DNA of 64,000 bases from contig CAVZYA010000001.1 of assembly GCA_963779415.1 (NCBI GenBank), forward strand, positions 1,120,001 through 1,184,000, written 5' to 3'. The notes below the pieces were generated by a model, which was not told where the DNA came from, made no database searches, and saw nothing but the letters and a program-made list of their open reading frames with translations. Source of the DNA: an uncultured Acidobacteriota bacterium (GTDB lineage Bacteria; Acidobacteriota; Thermoanaerobaculia; UBA5066). This document shows positions 51,247-59,786 of the stretch, in pieces (position 1 is the stretch's first letter; every line of letters begins with the position of its first letter). A program made the position numbers and the translations under genes.

Positions 51247-51897
51247 CTACGGAAGCGCTGCCCGCCGCAACCGCGGGATGAGGTCGGCGAGAAAGGATCG
51301 CAGCTCCGTGGGAGAGACGCCTCCCGGCAGGTTAGCCGCGTCCCCGATCCGGATCTCCGAGATAACCCAGGCCAGCGTGGCGGGCGTGCAACCCCCGTCC
51401 TTCGCTATGGCTGCGGGCAAGGCCGACTCGATCTTGTGGCCTGCACGTTCGAGAAGAAGCAGGTCGACGAGATCTCTCTCTTCCCCACGCGAGAGAACCG
51501 TCGTCAGTTTGTTTGCCAGGATCTCTTCAATCGGATCGATCCGGACGACCCCCACCCGCCGCTTTTCGGAGATCGCCTGTGGGGCACGGTCCCATACCAG
51601 ATCCACGACGACCGATTCATTGCCACGCGTCACGACGTAACGCTCGAATCCGGGTGACAGCTGGCGACGCCTCACCGTCGCACCGAGACTGTCAGCGGCC
51701 GCACCAAGCGCGTGAGAACCTCTCTCCAGCGCCTCGCGACTCTCGGTGAACAGGTCGAGATCCGTCGTCTCCCTGTGCTTCAAGTAGAAACCAGCGAGAG
51801 CGGCGCCGCCGGTGAGAAAGAACCCCTGCTCCCGCTCGAAGAACGCCTGGAGAAGTTCCCGCTGGAGCGGCGTCAGCCTATCGGTTGAGGAGTCCAT
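51247..51897 (-). CDS. AbiEii/AbiGii-family nucleotidyltransferase toxin
   Basis: FFLTGGAAL..YLKHRETTDLDLF, ANKL, RDLVDL. Confidence 0.88.
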   Translation of the reverse strand: MDSSTDRLTPLQRELLQAFFEREQGFFLTGGAALAGFYLKHRETTDLDLFTESREALERGSHALGAAADSLGATVRRRQLSPGFERYVVTRGNESVVVDLVWDRAPQAISEKRRVGVVRIDPIEEILANKLTTVLSRGEERDLVDLLLLERAGHKIESALPAAIAKDGGCTPATLAWVISEIRIGDAANLPGGVSPTELRSFLADLIPRLRRAALP

Positions 51898-52174
51898 CGG
51901 CTCGCCATCCTTCGATCAGGAAGTCCCAGAACGCGCGTCGCCGGCCGAGCCGGCTTCGGACGGCGGGCAGCGCTTCGGCCACCTCGGAAGGCGTCACGAA
52001 CTGCCACACGTCGGTGTCCCGCGCCTCCCGAAGCATCTTCGCCATGAGCCGAAGGCGCTCCAACCGGTCCCCGCCCTTCAGGCGTTCCTTCAGGTCACCG
52101 ATCGAGAGGTCCTCGTCCCAGAGGAAATAGGGGCGAGCGGCGTCCTGCGACAGGTCGACGGATAACACACGCAT
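51878..52174 (-). CDS. Putative cognate antitoxin
   Basis: 98 aa with YFLWD and FW motifs, overlapping the toxin start. Confidence 0.7.
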   Translation of the reverse strand: MRVLSVDLSQDAARPYFLWDEDLSIGDLKERLKGGDRLERLRLMAKMLREARDTDVWQFVTPSEVAEALPAVRSRLGRRRAFWDFLIEGWRADGLLNR

Positions 52175-52246
52175 GACCCGAACAGTATGCCTCGTCGGCC
52201 ATTCCCCCGCACCAGTCAGCCTCCCGGGCGCTGCGACCCCTTCCCG

Positions 52247-52276
52247 TCAGCCGACGACGCTGAAGATCTTGCGGTG
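52247..52276. repeat. 30-bp duplicate of the 3' end of gene 55793..56089
   Basis: TCAGCCGACGACGCTGAAGATCT(T/C)GCGGTG matches 55793-55822 with 1 mismatch. Confidence 0.85.
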
Positions 52277-52283
52277 TCAGCGC

Positions 52284-52415
52284 CCATCGGTGTTCATTGG
52301 GGTCACGCCCGATATCTAATCCCCCGATAAGTCACGCGCCAGACAGCGCCGGGGAAATCCACTCGAAGACGCCGGCTCACCGCGGTAGCATACGATAGCT
52401 GCAAGACCTGACCCC
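52284..52415 (-). mobile_element. Internally deleted REP-associated tyrosine (Y1/HUH) transposase element
   Basis: GGGGTCAGGTCT end, TATGCT -10, then GTG ORF MSRRLRVDFPGAVWRVTYRG (52380-52303) resembling RAYT N-termini (M.R.LR...PG..YHV..RG), then TGACCCC end. Confidence 0.7.
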
Positions 52416-52740
52416 GACTCACCCCGCCCTCACTCTTGTCCAAGATCGGCCGTGGAACATTCGCTTTCCGGGGGGCGGCGAGGGCGAATCCCCGAACGAC
52501 TCCGTGCATTCACCAGCGGAAATGGCCCGAATTCCTCGAAACCCGGCTGTTCGCCCTTTCTTCGAGACCCCGGCAGACAGCCTTCCGGGCGGCTCGGCTT
52601 CTGGACAGCATGTTTCACGCTTCCCCGGGGCCTGAACCGCCGATGCCCTCCTCATCCCACGTTTTCAGCCCGTCTTCGCCCCTTCCCCGTCCGAAATCCG
52701 CCGTTCTTGGACAGCAGTGCCCCGCCCTGAGGTTGACCCC

Positions 52741-53745
52741 TCAGTCCACCATGCTTTCGGCCCCCACAGCGAGAGCCCGGCCAAAGGGCAGCTCTGCAAG
52801 GTACTGGTCTCGACCCGCACTAGCGAAAACCCTCCGAATCTCGGGATCGAGCGCGATGCGCTTGATGGCACGCCGCAGCCACTCTGCGGTTTGGAAGAAC
52901 TCCTGCATCGCCTCCACGCGCTCTCTCTCCGTGTCGCTCCTCAAGAGTCCGTCCGCCCTTCCGTGAATCACCTTCGAGCGACGGCCATAAGTTCTCTTGA
53001 TTGCCCGATACAGGGCCCGCGCGGCCGAGATGTCGTCTTCGAGAAAGAGAGCGATCCGCTCAGCCAGCTGATGAATCGTCTCTCCGGAGCTGTCAGGTCC
53101 GAAGAGCGCCTCAAGCCCCACCCACATGAGTGCGAAAGCGATGTCTGCGTGGTTTTGATCCGACGCAAGAGCGGCCATCCTGAGGGCCACCCAAAGCGGA
53201 CCGCGACGTTCGCCATCGTAGCGTTCCAGAATTACGCTCACGAGATCCCGAGCCTCTCCGAGCTGCGCTTGAGTGAGAACCTGTTTCATGTCTAGCCGCG
53301 CGAGGTCCGCAGGCAGCACCGTCCAGGACTTGAATCGGCGCTTTCCGTCCTGTCCCACCGGCTCTACGAGGATCGTGACGTCGTAACGCAAGCGAATGCC
53401 GCTTGCGATCCAGACGGCCACTTGCGCCGACCGTAGCTTGGACTGGTCGAGCTCCTGCTCGCTTTGCCCTGGTCCGTTCGGGCCGGCGCGCCGTCCCGCC
53501 AAGAGTGCAAGCTCGGCCTTCTCTACTCTCTTCCGCTCAAAATGGCCCAGCCAAGTCGGAACTGCCTCAGGACCGAACCAGTCGGGACGAGGCGCTAGGA
53601 CTACCCCGTGCCCAAGATCAAATGCCTGATCGAGAACCCCTTCGGCAAGAGCGAAATCCTGCGACACCGGACCGATGAGGTGCCATGTCGCCTCGCCCTC
53701 TTCGGGTTCCCACTCGGTCGAAGTGCTTTGAGTAAGTTCTCGCAT
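52741..53745 (-). CDS. HEPN-domain (ApeA-like) protein, possible defence RNase
   Basis: LEALF...LAERIA, YGRRSKVIHG (Rx4H); atypical codon use. Confidence 0.75.
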   Translation of the reverse strand: MRELTQSTSTEWEPEEGEATWHLIGPVSQDFALAEGVLDQAFDLGHGVVLAPRPDWFGPEAVPTWLGHFERKRVEKAELALLAGRRAGPNGPGQSEQELDQSKLRSAQVAVWIASGIRLRYDVTILVEPVGQDGKRRFKSWTVLPADLARLDMKQVLTQAQLGEARDLVSVILERYDGERRGPLWVALRMAALASDQNHADIAFALMWVGLEALFGPDSSGETIHQLAERIALFLEDDISAARALYRAIKRTYGRRSKVIHGRADGLLRSDTERERVEAMQEFFQTAEWLRRAIKRIALDPEIRRVFASAGRDQYLAELPFGRALAVGAESMVD

Positions 53746-53801
53746 CTCTAAGGTATTCCCCCGGATCCCCAGCCAGTCGCCTCGACCGATGGCCCTGGCC
53801 G

Positions 53802-55754
53802 TCAGCCCGCCGGGCGCGCGGCCGCGGCAGGGGGACGGACTTTCCAGTAGACGACGTACCGCTCGCCGGCGATCCGGTTTAGCGGGGCGAGATCGATGAT
53901 CCGGCTCTGGGCCTTCGTCCGGAAGGCGAGCCGCCCGCGAACGGACTCGACCCATGTGCCGACCTCTTTCGGATCGGCAACGACATCGGGAACCGGAACC
54001 GGATTCCCCTTCAGCTCGCAGTCATAGCCGCCGTAAGTCGTCTCGCGCGTAAGCCCTTCCGATCCGAGTCGCCCCGCCAGGACGACGGGCCCGTAGAGGA
54101 GGGCCTGAATCGAGGGATCGTCGGGCATCGACTCGGCCCTCAGGCTCATCGGGAGGTCGAGCCGGACGCGGTCTCCCCGTCGCCAGGTCCGGTTCAGCGT
54201 CAGGTAGCTCGAGGGGCTGGCGAACGCGTCGACGGCCGTGCCGTTGACCGTCACGGTGCCGCCCCGGGTCGCCCAGCCGGGAATCCGGAGGCGGAGCGTC
54301 GTGGCGACGGGGCGCTCGTTCTCGAAGACGAGGGTCGTTCCTTCCTCCTCGGGGAACCGGGTCTCCTGCCGGAGGCGGAGGCCCTTTTCCGGCCACGAGA
54401 CTTCGGAGGCGGCGAAGAGATTCACCCAGACCCCCGCGTCGTCGTGAAAGTAGATCGAGTCGCCCAGCTTCGAGAACTCCTCGACCCCCGTCCCCGTGCA
54501 GCACCAGAACGCGCCGAGGGGCTCGCCGTAGAACTTCCAGTACCCGGACGCGAGCGGGGTGTAGTACATGAGCGTCCCGTCCTCGGGGTTCTGCGTTCCG
54601 AGCCGGCTGTTCAGGAGCGTCCGCTCGAAGTAGTCCGCCGCGCGCGGGTCCCCCGTCCAGGAGAAGACGTGGCGCGTGAGCTTCAGGAGGTTGTAGGCGC
54701 AGCAGCACTCGGCCGTCGACGGGGAAAGCTCCGTCGAAAGGACGCCCGGCGGCGTCTCCCACCGCTCGCCGTTGCTCGTGTTTCCCGTCACGTAGCAGCG
54801 TTCGGACGTGACCTCTCGCCAGAAGTACTCGGCTATGTCCCGGTAGCGCCTCTCGCCTGTCAGCTCGTAGCGCCGGGCGGCGCCGATGACCTTGGGGATC
54901 TGCGTGTTGACGTGGAGGCCCTTCAGCTCGTCGCGACGCGCGGCGAGAGGGGCGAAGAACGCTTCCTGGTCGAAGCGGTGGGCGAGATCGCGGTATTCGT
55001 CCTTCCCGGTCAGGGCGAAGAGATCGTAGAGCGCGTCGTTCATCCCGCCGAACTCGACGGTAAGGATCCGCTCCATCTGCGCGTCCGAGAGCCCCTTGGT
55101 CCAGGTGCGGATCCAGCCGGCCATCCCCTCGGCGGTCCGCAGCGCTTCCTCGTTTCCACACAGCTCGAAGACCGCGAGGTGCCCGGCGAGGATCTTATGG
55201 AGCGTGTAGAACGGGGCCCACACTTTCGCGCCGCGGCGCAGCCGGTCGAACAGCTCCTCGGGGAAGGCCGAAAGGTACCCGCTGCCGGAAGCCCTCTGGC
55301 ACCTCGCCAGCTCGGCCACCATCCCGCTGGCCCGCATTCGGAAGACGTCGTCTCCCGTCCCGGCGTACGAAAGGGCGCAGGCCGAGAGGTAGTGCCCCGT
55401 GAAGTGGCCGCGCAGCTCGCAGTCGGGCTTCTCCCACCCGCCGAGCGGCTCGGCGGCGGAAGGGAGCCCCGCATTGACGCGAAAGGTGTGAAGGAGGCGG
55501 TCCTGCGGCAGGGAGAGAAGGTAACGGGCGTTCCGCTCCTGCGCCTCCCGCAGCGGGCCGGAGAGCAGACGGACCTGTTTCAGCGGGAACGGGCGGACCG
55601 GTCCGCCTCGCCACGCCTCTCCCGCCGCAGCCGCAGCCTCCGACATCTCCGAAAGGACCGTGCCGAGAGCCCGGCGTCCGACGAGGAAACCGGCGCCTGC
55701 GGAGAGGGCTGCGCCGAAAAGGTTTCGTCGCGAAAGAGACGGACCGCCGGGCAC
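53802..55754 (-). CDS. Tat-exported glycoside hydrolase, GH127-like (beta-L-arabinofuranosidase family)
   Basis: SRRNL Tat motif; GGWE..ELRGHFTGHYLSA, EFGGMN, ECC..YN, FWCCTGTG. Confidence 0.9.
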   Translation of the reverse strand: MPGGPSLSRRNLFGAALSAGAGFLVGRRALGTVLSEMSEAAAAAGEAWRGGPVRPFPLKQVRLLSGPLREAQERNARYLLSLPQDRLLHTFRVNAGLPSAAEPLGGWEKPDCELRGHFTGHYLSACALSYAGTGDDVFRMRASGMVAELARCQRASGSGYLSAFPEELFDRLRRGAKVWAPFYTLHKILAGHLAVFELCGNEEALRTAEGMAGWIRTWTKGLSDAQMERILTVEFGGMNDALYDLFALTGKDEYRDLAHRFDQEAFFAPLAARRDELKGLHVNTQIPKVIGAARRYELTGERRYRDIAEYFWREVTSERCYVTGNTSNGERWETPPGVLSTELSPSTAECCCAYNLLKLTRHVFSWTGDPRAADYFERTLLNSRLGTQNPEDGTLMYYTPLASGYWKFYGEPLGAFWCCTGTGVEEFSKLGDSIYFHDDAGVWVNLFAASEVSWPEKGLRLRQETRFPEEEGTTLVFENERPVATTLRLRIPGWATRGGTVTVNGTAVDAFASPSSYLTLNRTWRRGDRVRLDLPMSLRAESMPDDPSIQALLYGPVVLAGRLGSEGLTRETTYGGYDCELKGNPVPVPDVVADPKEVGTWVESVRGRLAFRTKAQSRIIDLAPLNRIAGERYVVYWKVRPPAAAARPAG

Positions 55755-55792
55755 GCCTCAACGTTATGCCCGGCACTCCACGACCGTCAATC

Positions 55793-56089
55793 TCAGCCGA
55801 CGACGCTGAAGATCTCGCGGTGCCCCGACTCGATCATCGGGCGAAATCGGCCGTAGGCCTTCTGCCATTCCGGATCGGCGAAGATCTTCGCAAGCGACTC
55901 CTCGAACGCCGCGAGCGACGGGAACTCTCTCTCGAGGACGAGGGTGTAGTACGGCCCCGTCACGTCGGTCATCGCGCGCCCCACCGGAACGCCGAGCCGC
56001 TTGTTGAGCGACTGGATCTCCGGTATCAGGGCCTTCGCATCCTTCATCCGGTCGGGGTGGATCCGGAAGACGTCGCGGATCAGGGTCAT
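55793..56089 (-). CDS. Small dimeric alpha/beta-barrel (NIPSNAP-like) protein
   Basis: TDVTGPYYTLVLE.EF.SLA.FE...W; AGGAG SD upstream. Confidence 0.7.
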   Translation of the reverse strand: MTLIRDVFRIHPDRMKDAKALIPEIQSLNKRLGVPVGRAMTDVTGPYYTLVLEREFPSLAAFEESLAKIFADPEWQKAYGRFRPMIESGHREIFSVVG

Positions 56090-56257
56090 GATCGGCTCCT
56101 TTTCGCGCGCCCCCAAGGCGCGCTCAGTTGCGACTTCGTCTCACTGATGATACCCCTCGGAAGGATTTCATCCTCTCGACGAGGATCCGGCCGCCTCTCC
56201 GAGATTGCCTCCGGTCCCATCCCGTGTAAACGTCCGGCGGGGCTTTGACGTCTTATC

Positions 56258-56390
56258 ACCCGGTCTCGGCATCGCCCCGAGGCAGGCGGGCGGACCGGAA
56301 GACCCTGAGAAAAGGACACCTGTCCGGCGGCTGAGACCGCCGGCGCCTCTCCTCCAAGAGCGGGGCCCCGCGGCCCCGCTCCTTTTTTTT
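56258..56390 (+). ncRNA. Candidate small RNA
   Basis: ECF-like promoter upstream, two stem-loops, CU-rich linker, + strand intrinsic terminator, no + strand CDS nearby. Confidence 0.45.
56358..56390 (+). terminator. Intrinsic terminator
   Basis: GAGCGGGGCC-CCGC-GGCCCCGCTC followed by C and T8. Confidence 0.85.
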
Positions 56391-57362
56391 CTAGAGCCAG
56401 CCCGCCTTCCGGAAGAGCCGGTGGAGGAGGCTGCAGATGGACACCATGACGGCGAGGACGACGAAGTAGCCGTACTTCATCTCCAGCTCCGGCATGTGCC
56501 TGAAGTTCATCCCGTAGACGCCGGCGATCATCGTCGGAACGGCGAGGATGGCGACCCACGCCGAGATCTTCCGCATGTCCTCGTTCTGCCGGACGTTCAC
56601 CTGCGTCAGGTTCGCTTCGAGGACCGACGTCAGAAGGTCGCGGAAGGAAACGAGCTGGTCCGCGACGCGGAGCAGGTGGTCGTGAATGTCGCGGAAATAG
56701 GGGCGCATCTGCTCGTGGATCCACGGGAACTCGGCCCGCGAGAGCCGGTCCACGGCCGGGAGGAGGGGCACGACGGCCTGATGGAACGTGATCGACTCAC
56801 GCTTCAGGAAGTAGATCCGTTCCGCGGGGTTCGCCCGATCCCCCGAGAAGACCTCGGTCTCCACCTCCGCGATGTCGTTTTCGAGCCCGAGGACGACGGG
56901 ACCGTAGTCGTCCACGACCCGGTCCAGGATCTCGTGGAGGACGGCGCCGGGACCGAGACGGAGAAACTCCGGCTTCGCCTCCAGCTTCTTCCGGACGTCG
57001 GCGAGTCCGCTCGCCGGGCCGTGACGGACGGTGACGATGAAGCCGTCGCCGATGAAGGCGAGAATCTCGCCGAGATCGATTTCCTCGGCTTCCTCCTTGT
57101 ATGCGGCCGTCTTCAGGACGACGAAGATCGTGTCGTCGAAAACCTCAAGCTTCGGCCGCTGGTGGGCCTTGATGGCGTCCTCGACGGCCAGATCGTGGAG
57201 GGAGAACTCCTGCCGCACGGCGGCGAACTCCTCCTCGGTCGGCTCGTGGAGGCCGATCCAGACGAAGGCGTCCGCGGGCCTCCCGGCCTCGAAGGCCTCT
57301 TCGAGGGAGAGGGCGCCGCCGCGTCGGACGCCGTCCACGTAGACCGCGCAGTCGACGATCAG
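56391..57362 (-). CDS. corA: Magnesium/cobalt transporter CorA
   Basis: WIGLHEPT, HQRPKLE, YGMNF..MPEL; apparent CTG start overlapping ade stop. Confidence 0.93.
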   Translation of the reverse strand: MIVDCAVYVDGVRRGGALSLEEAFEAGRPADAFVWIGLHEPTEEEFAAVRQEFSLHDLAVEDAIKAHQRPKLEVFDDTIFVVLKTAAYKEEAEEIDLGEILAFIGDGFIVTVRHGPASGLADVRKKLEAKPEFLRLGPGAVLHEILDRVVDDYGPVVLGLENDIAEVETEVFSGDRANPAERIYFLKRESITFHQAVVPLLPAVDRLSRAEFPWIHEQMRPYFRDIHDHLLRVADQLVSFRDLLTSVLEANLTQVNVRQNEDMRKISAWVAILAVPTMIAGVYGMNFRHMPELEMKYGYFVVLAVMVSICSLLHRLFRKAGWL

Positions 57363-59098
57363 ACGAAGACTCCGGTGAAGTCGAACATCGTCACGTCCAC
57401 CAATCCCCTGTCGGTCAGCTTCAGCTCCGGGATGACCGGAAGGGCGAGGAAGGCGAGGGTCATGAAGGGATGATCCATCGTCGCGCCGAGGGCGCGGGCC
57501 GCCTCGTTGGCCGTCCGCTCGGCGGCGTCGACCTCCCCCATCGAGGCGTTCGACATGAGGCCGCCGACCGCGAGGGGGACCTCGGCGACCGGCTGCGCCC
57601 CTTCCGCGATGACGACGCCTCCGCCGATCTCCGCCGTCCGGCGGACCGCGGTCTCCATCGAAAGGTCGTCCGCACCGAGGACGACGATGTTGTGCGAGTC
57701 GTGCGCCACGGAGGAGGCGATCGCCCCGCGGGCGAGGCCGAAGCCGCGCGCGAAGGCGACGCCGACGTTTCCCGTCCCGCGGTGACGCTCGACGACCGCC
57801 AGCTTCAGGAGGTCGCGCGCCGGATCCGCCACTGCCGCTCCCGCCTCCACCTTCGCCGGGGCCGTGGAAGCGCCGGTCGCCAGCGAGCCGGCCCGGACCT
57901 CGATGACCCGGATCGCGGCCCCCGGCGCGGCCGGGATCCGGAGACGGTCGCTCGAGAAGCCGGCGACGCGAAACGCGGGCCCCTCGTCCATCCGCGAGGA
58001 ACGGATCTCTTCGAGGAGCCGGCCCCCCTTCGCGACGCGGCGGCCGGCGAGGACGACGAGGTCGGGGCGGAACTCCTCGAGGCTCTCGAACGTGAGGAGG
58101 TCGGCGCGGAACCCCGGCGCGACCGCCCCCCGATCCCCGAAGCCGTAGTGCCGCGCGCAGGACCAGGAAGCGAGCCGGAGGGCCAGAACGGCGTCGAGAC
58201 CCAGGGCGATGGCGCGCCGGACATGGTGGTCGACGTGCCCGTGGGCGAGGAGGTCCCACGGGTGGCGGTCGTCGGTCGCGAAGGCGAACCGCTCGGAGTT
58301 CGAAGGCGTCACGAGCGGCAGGAGGTCGTCGAGGTTCTTCGCGGCCGTCCCCTCGCGGATCCAGATCGACATCCCGCGGCGGACCTTCTCCTCCGCCTCG
58401 CCCCGCGAGAGGCATTCGTGGTCGGAGCGGATTCCCGCCCCGACGTACGCGTTCAGGTCGAGGCCTGCGAGGAGCGGCGAATGCCCGTCCATCGGGACGC
58501 CGCGGCGGCGTGCCGATTCGACCTTTCCGCGGACGCCCGGGTCGCCGAAGAGGAATCCCGGCACGTTCATCATCTCGGCGAGGCCGAGAACGCGCGGAAG
58601 GTCGTAGAGTGGCTCGAGGTCCCCGGGGCCCAGCGAGGCGCCGGCCGTCTCGAGGTGCGTCGAGGGGACGCACGACGGGAGCATGACGAAGATGTCGACC
58701 GGAAGGGCGTTCGACGCCTCGAGGAAGGCGCGGATCCCCGCGACGCCGCGGACGTTCGCGATCTCGTGCGGGTCGGTCACGGCGGCGGCCGTGCCGTGCG
58801 CGGCGGCGAGGCGCGCGAAGGTGGCGGGCGTCGTCATCGTCGACTCGACGTGAAGATGGGCGTCCCAGAGGGCCGGCGCGAGGAAGGCGCCGCGAAGATC
58901 GATCTCGTCCTCCGGACGGGCCGCACGGTAGTCACCGAATCCGAGGATCCGGTCTCCCTTCACGCCGACCGTCGCCTCGTGGATCTCTCCGGTCAGGACG
59001 TTCACGAGGCGCCCGCCGCGCAGGACGAGGTCGGCGGGGACCTTTCCGCGCGCGGCGTCGACGAATTCCCCGAGCGAAAGAGCGGAGTCGTACCTCAT
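57359..59098 (-). CDS. ade: Adenine deaminase
   Basis: DAHLHVES, DPHEIANV, AEMMN, DGH, DHE, TDD, SSVAHDSHN, LPVIPEL. Confidence 0.95.
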   Translation of the reverse strand: MRYDSALSLGEFVDAARGKVPADLVLRGGRLVNVLTGEIHEATVGVKGDRILGFGDYRAARPEDEIDLRGAFLAPALWDAHLHVESTMTTPATFARLAAAHGTAAAVTDPHEIANVRGVAGIRAFLEASNALPVDIFVMLPSCVPSTHLETAGASLGPGDLEPLYDLPRVLGLAEMMNVPGFLFGDPGVRGKVESARRRGVPMDGHSPLLAGLDLNAYVGAGIRSDHECLSRGEAEEKVRRGMSIWIREGTAAKNLDDLLPLVTPSNSERFAFATDDRHPWDLLAHGHVDHHVRRAIALGLDAVLALRLASWSCARHYGFGDRGAVAPGFRADLLTFESLEEFRPDLVVLAGRRVAKGGRLLEEIRSSRMDEGPAFRVAGFSSDRLRIPAAPGAAIRVIEVRAGSLATGASTAPAKVEAGAAVADPARDLLKLAVVERHRGTGNVGVAFARGFGLARGAIASSVAHDSHNIVVLGADDLSMETAVRRTAEIGGGVVIAEGAQPVAEVPLAVGGLMSNASMGEVDAAERTANEAARALGATMDHPFMTLAFLALPVIPELKLTDRGLVDVTMFDFTGVFV

Positions 59099-59109
59099 CG
59101 GCCGTGAGC

Positions 59110-59724
59110 CTAGCCGAGGGCTCCGGAGTTGGGAAGACGGTCGCCGCCGGCCGGGAGGCGGATTCCGGCCTCGCCGAGAAGCCGCGCGAGGAGCCGGACC
59201 GGAAGGCCGATCACGTTCGACGGGCTTCCCTCGACCCGTTCGATGAAGAGGCTGCCGATCCCCTGCAGGGCGTAGGCCCCGGCCTTGTCGTCCGGCTCTC
59301 CCGAGGCGGCGTAGAGGCGGATCTCCTCCTCGGTCATCGGCGCGAAGACGACACCGGTCACGTCGCGCCCCGACCGGAGAGCGGCGTCGCGCGCCACGGC
59401 GAGACCGGTGACGACCTCGTGTCTCCGCCCCCGCAGTTCCCGAAGCATCCGGACCGCGTCCTCCCGGTCGGCGGGCTTTACGAGGGGACGCCCCTCGAGG
59501 ACGACAATCGTGTCGGCCGCGACGACGATCGCCCCCGGCTCCGACGCGGAGACACGCCGGGCTTTCTCGCGGGCGAGCCTTTCGGCCGCGTCGTACGGGC
59601 TCTCCCCCGACAGGAGCGACTCCTCCACGTCGGAAGCGCGGATCTCGAAGACGAGGCCGAGCGTCTCGAGGATCTCCCGCCGGCGAGGGGAAGAGGAGGC
59701 GAGAACGAGACGCGGAGCCGGCAC
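59110..59724 (-). CDS. maf: Maf-family nucleotide pyrophosphatase
   Basis: [27 protein letters not shown]. Confidence 0.95.
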   Translation of the reverse strand: MPAPRLVLASSSPRRREILETLGLVFEIRASDVEESLLSGESPYDAAERLAREKARRVSASEPGAIVVAADTIVVLEGRPLVKPADREDAVRMLRELRGRRHEVVTGLAVARDAALRSGRDVTGVVFAPMTEEEIRLYAASGEPDDKAGAYALQGIGSLFIERVEGSPSNVIGLPVRLLARLLGEAGIRLPAGGDRLPNSGALG

Positions 59725-59786
59725 GCCCGGAGATTAACCGGGCCGGCCGTGGCTTCGGCCGACGATCGGCGCGAGAATGTGTGCAG

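Noticed and set aside
51006-51281. ORF containing PRTAR, possibly a second RAYT remnant
   Set aside because: Similarity too short, with no downstream HUH or other motifs.
56144-56175. CTGATGA hammerhead-like core
   Set aside because: No GAAA after a stem II and no stem I/III pairing found.
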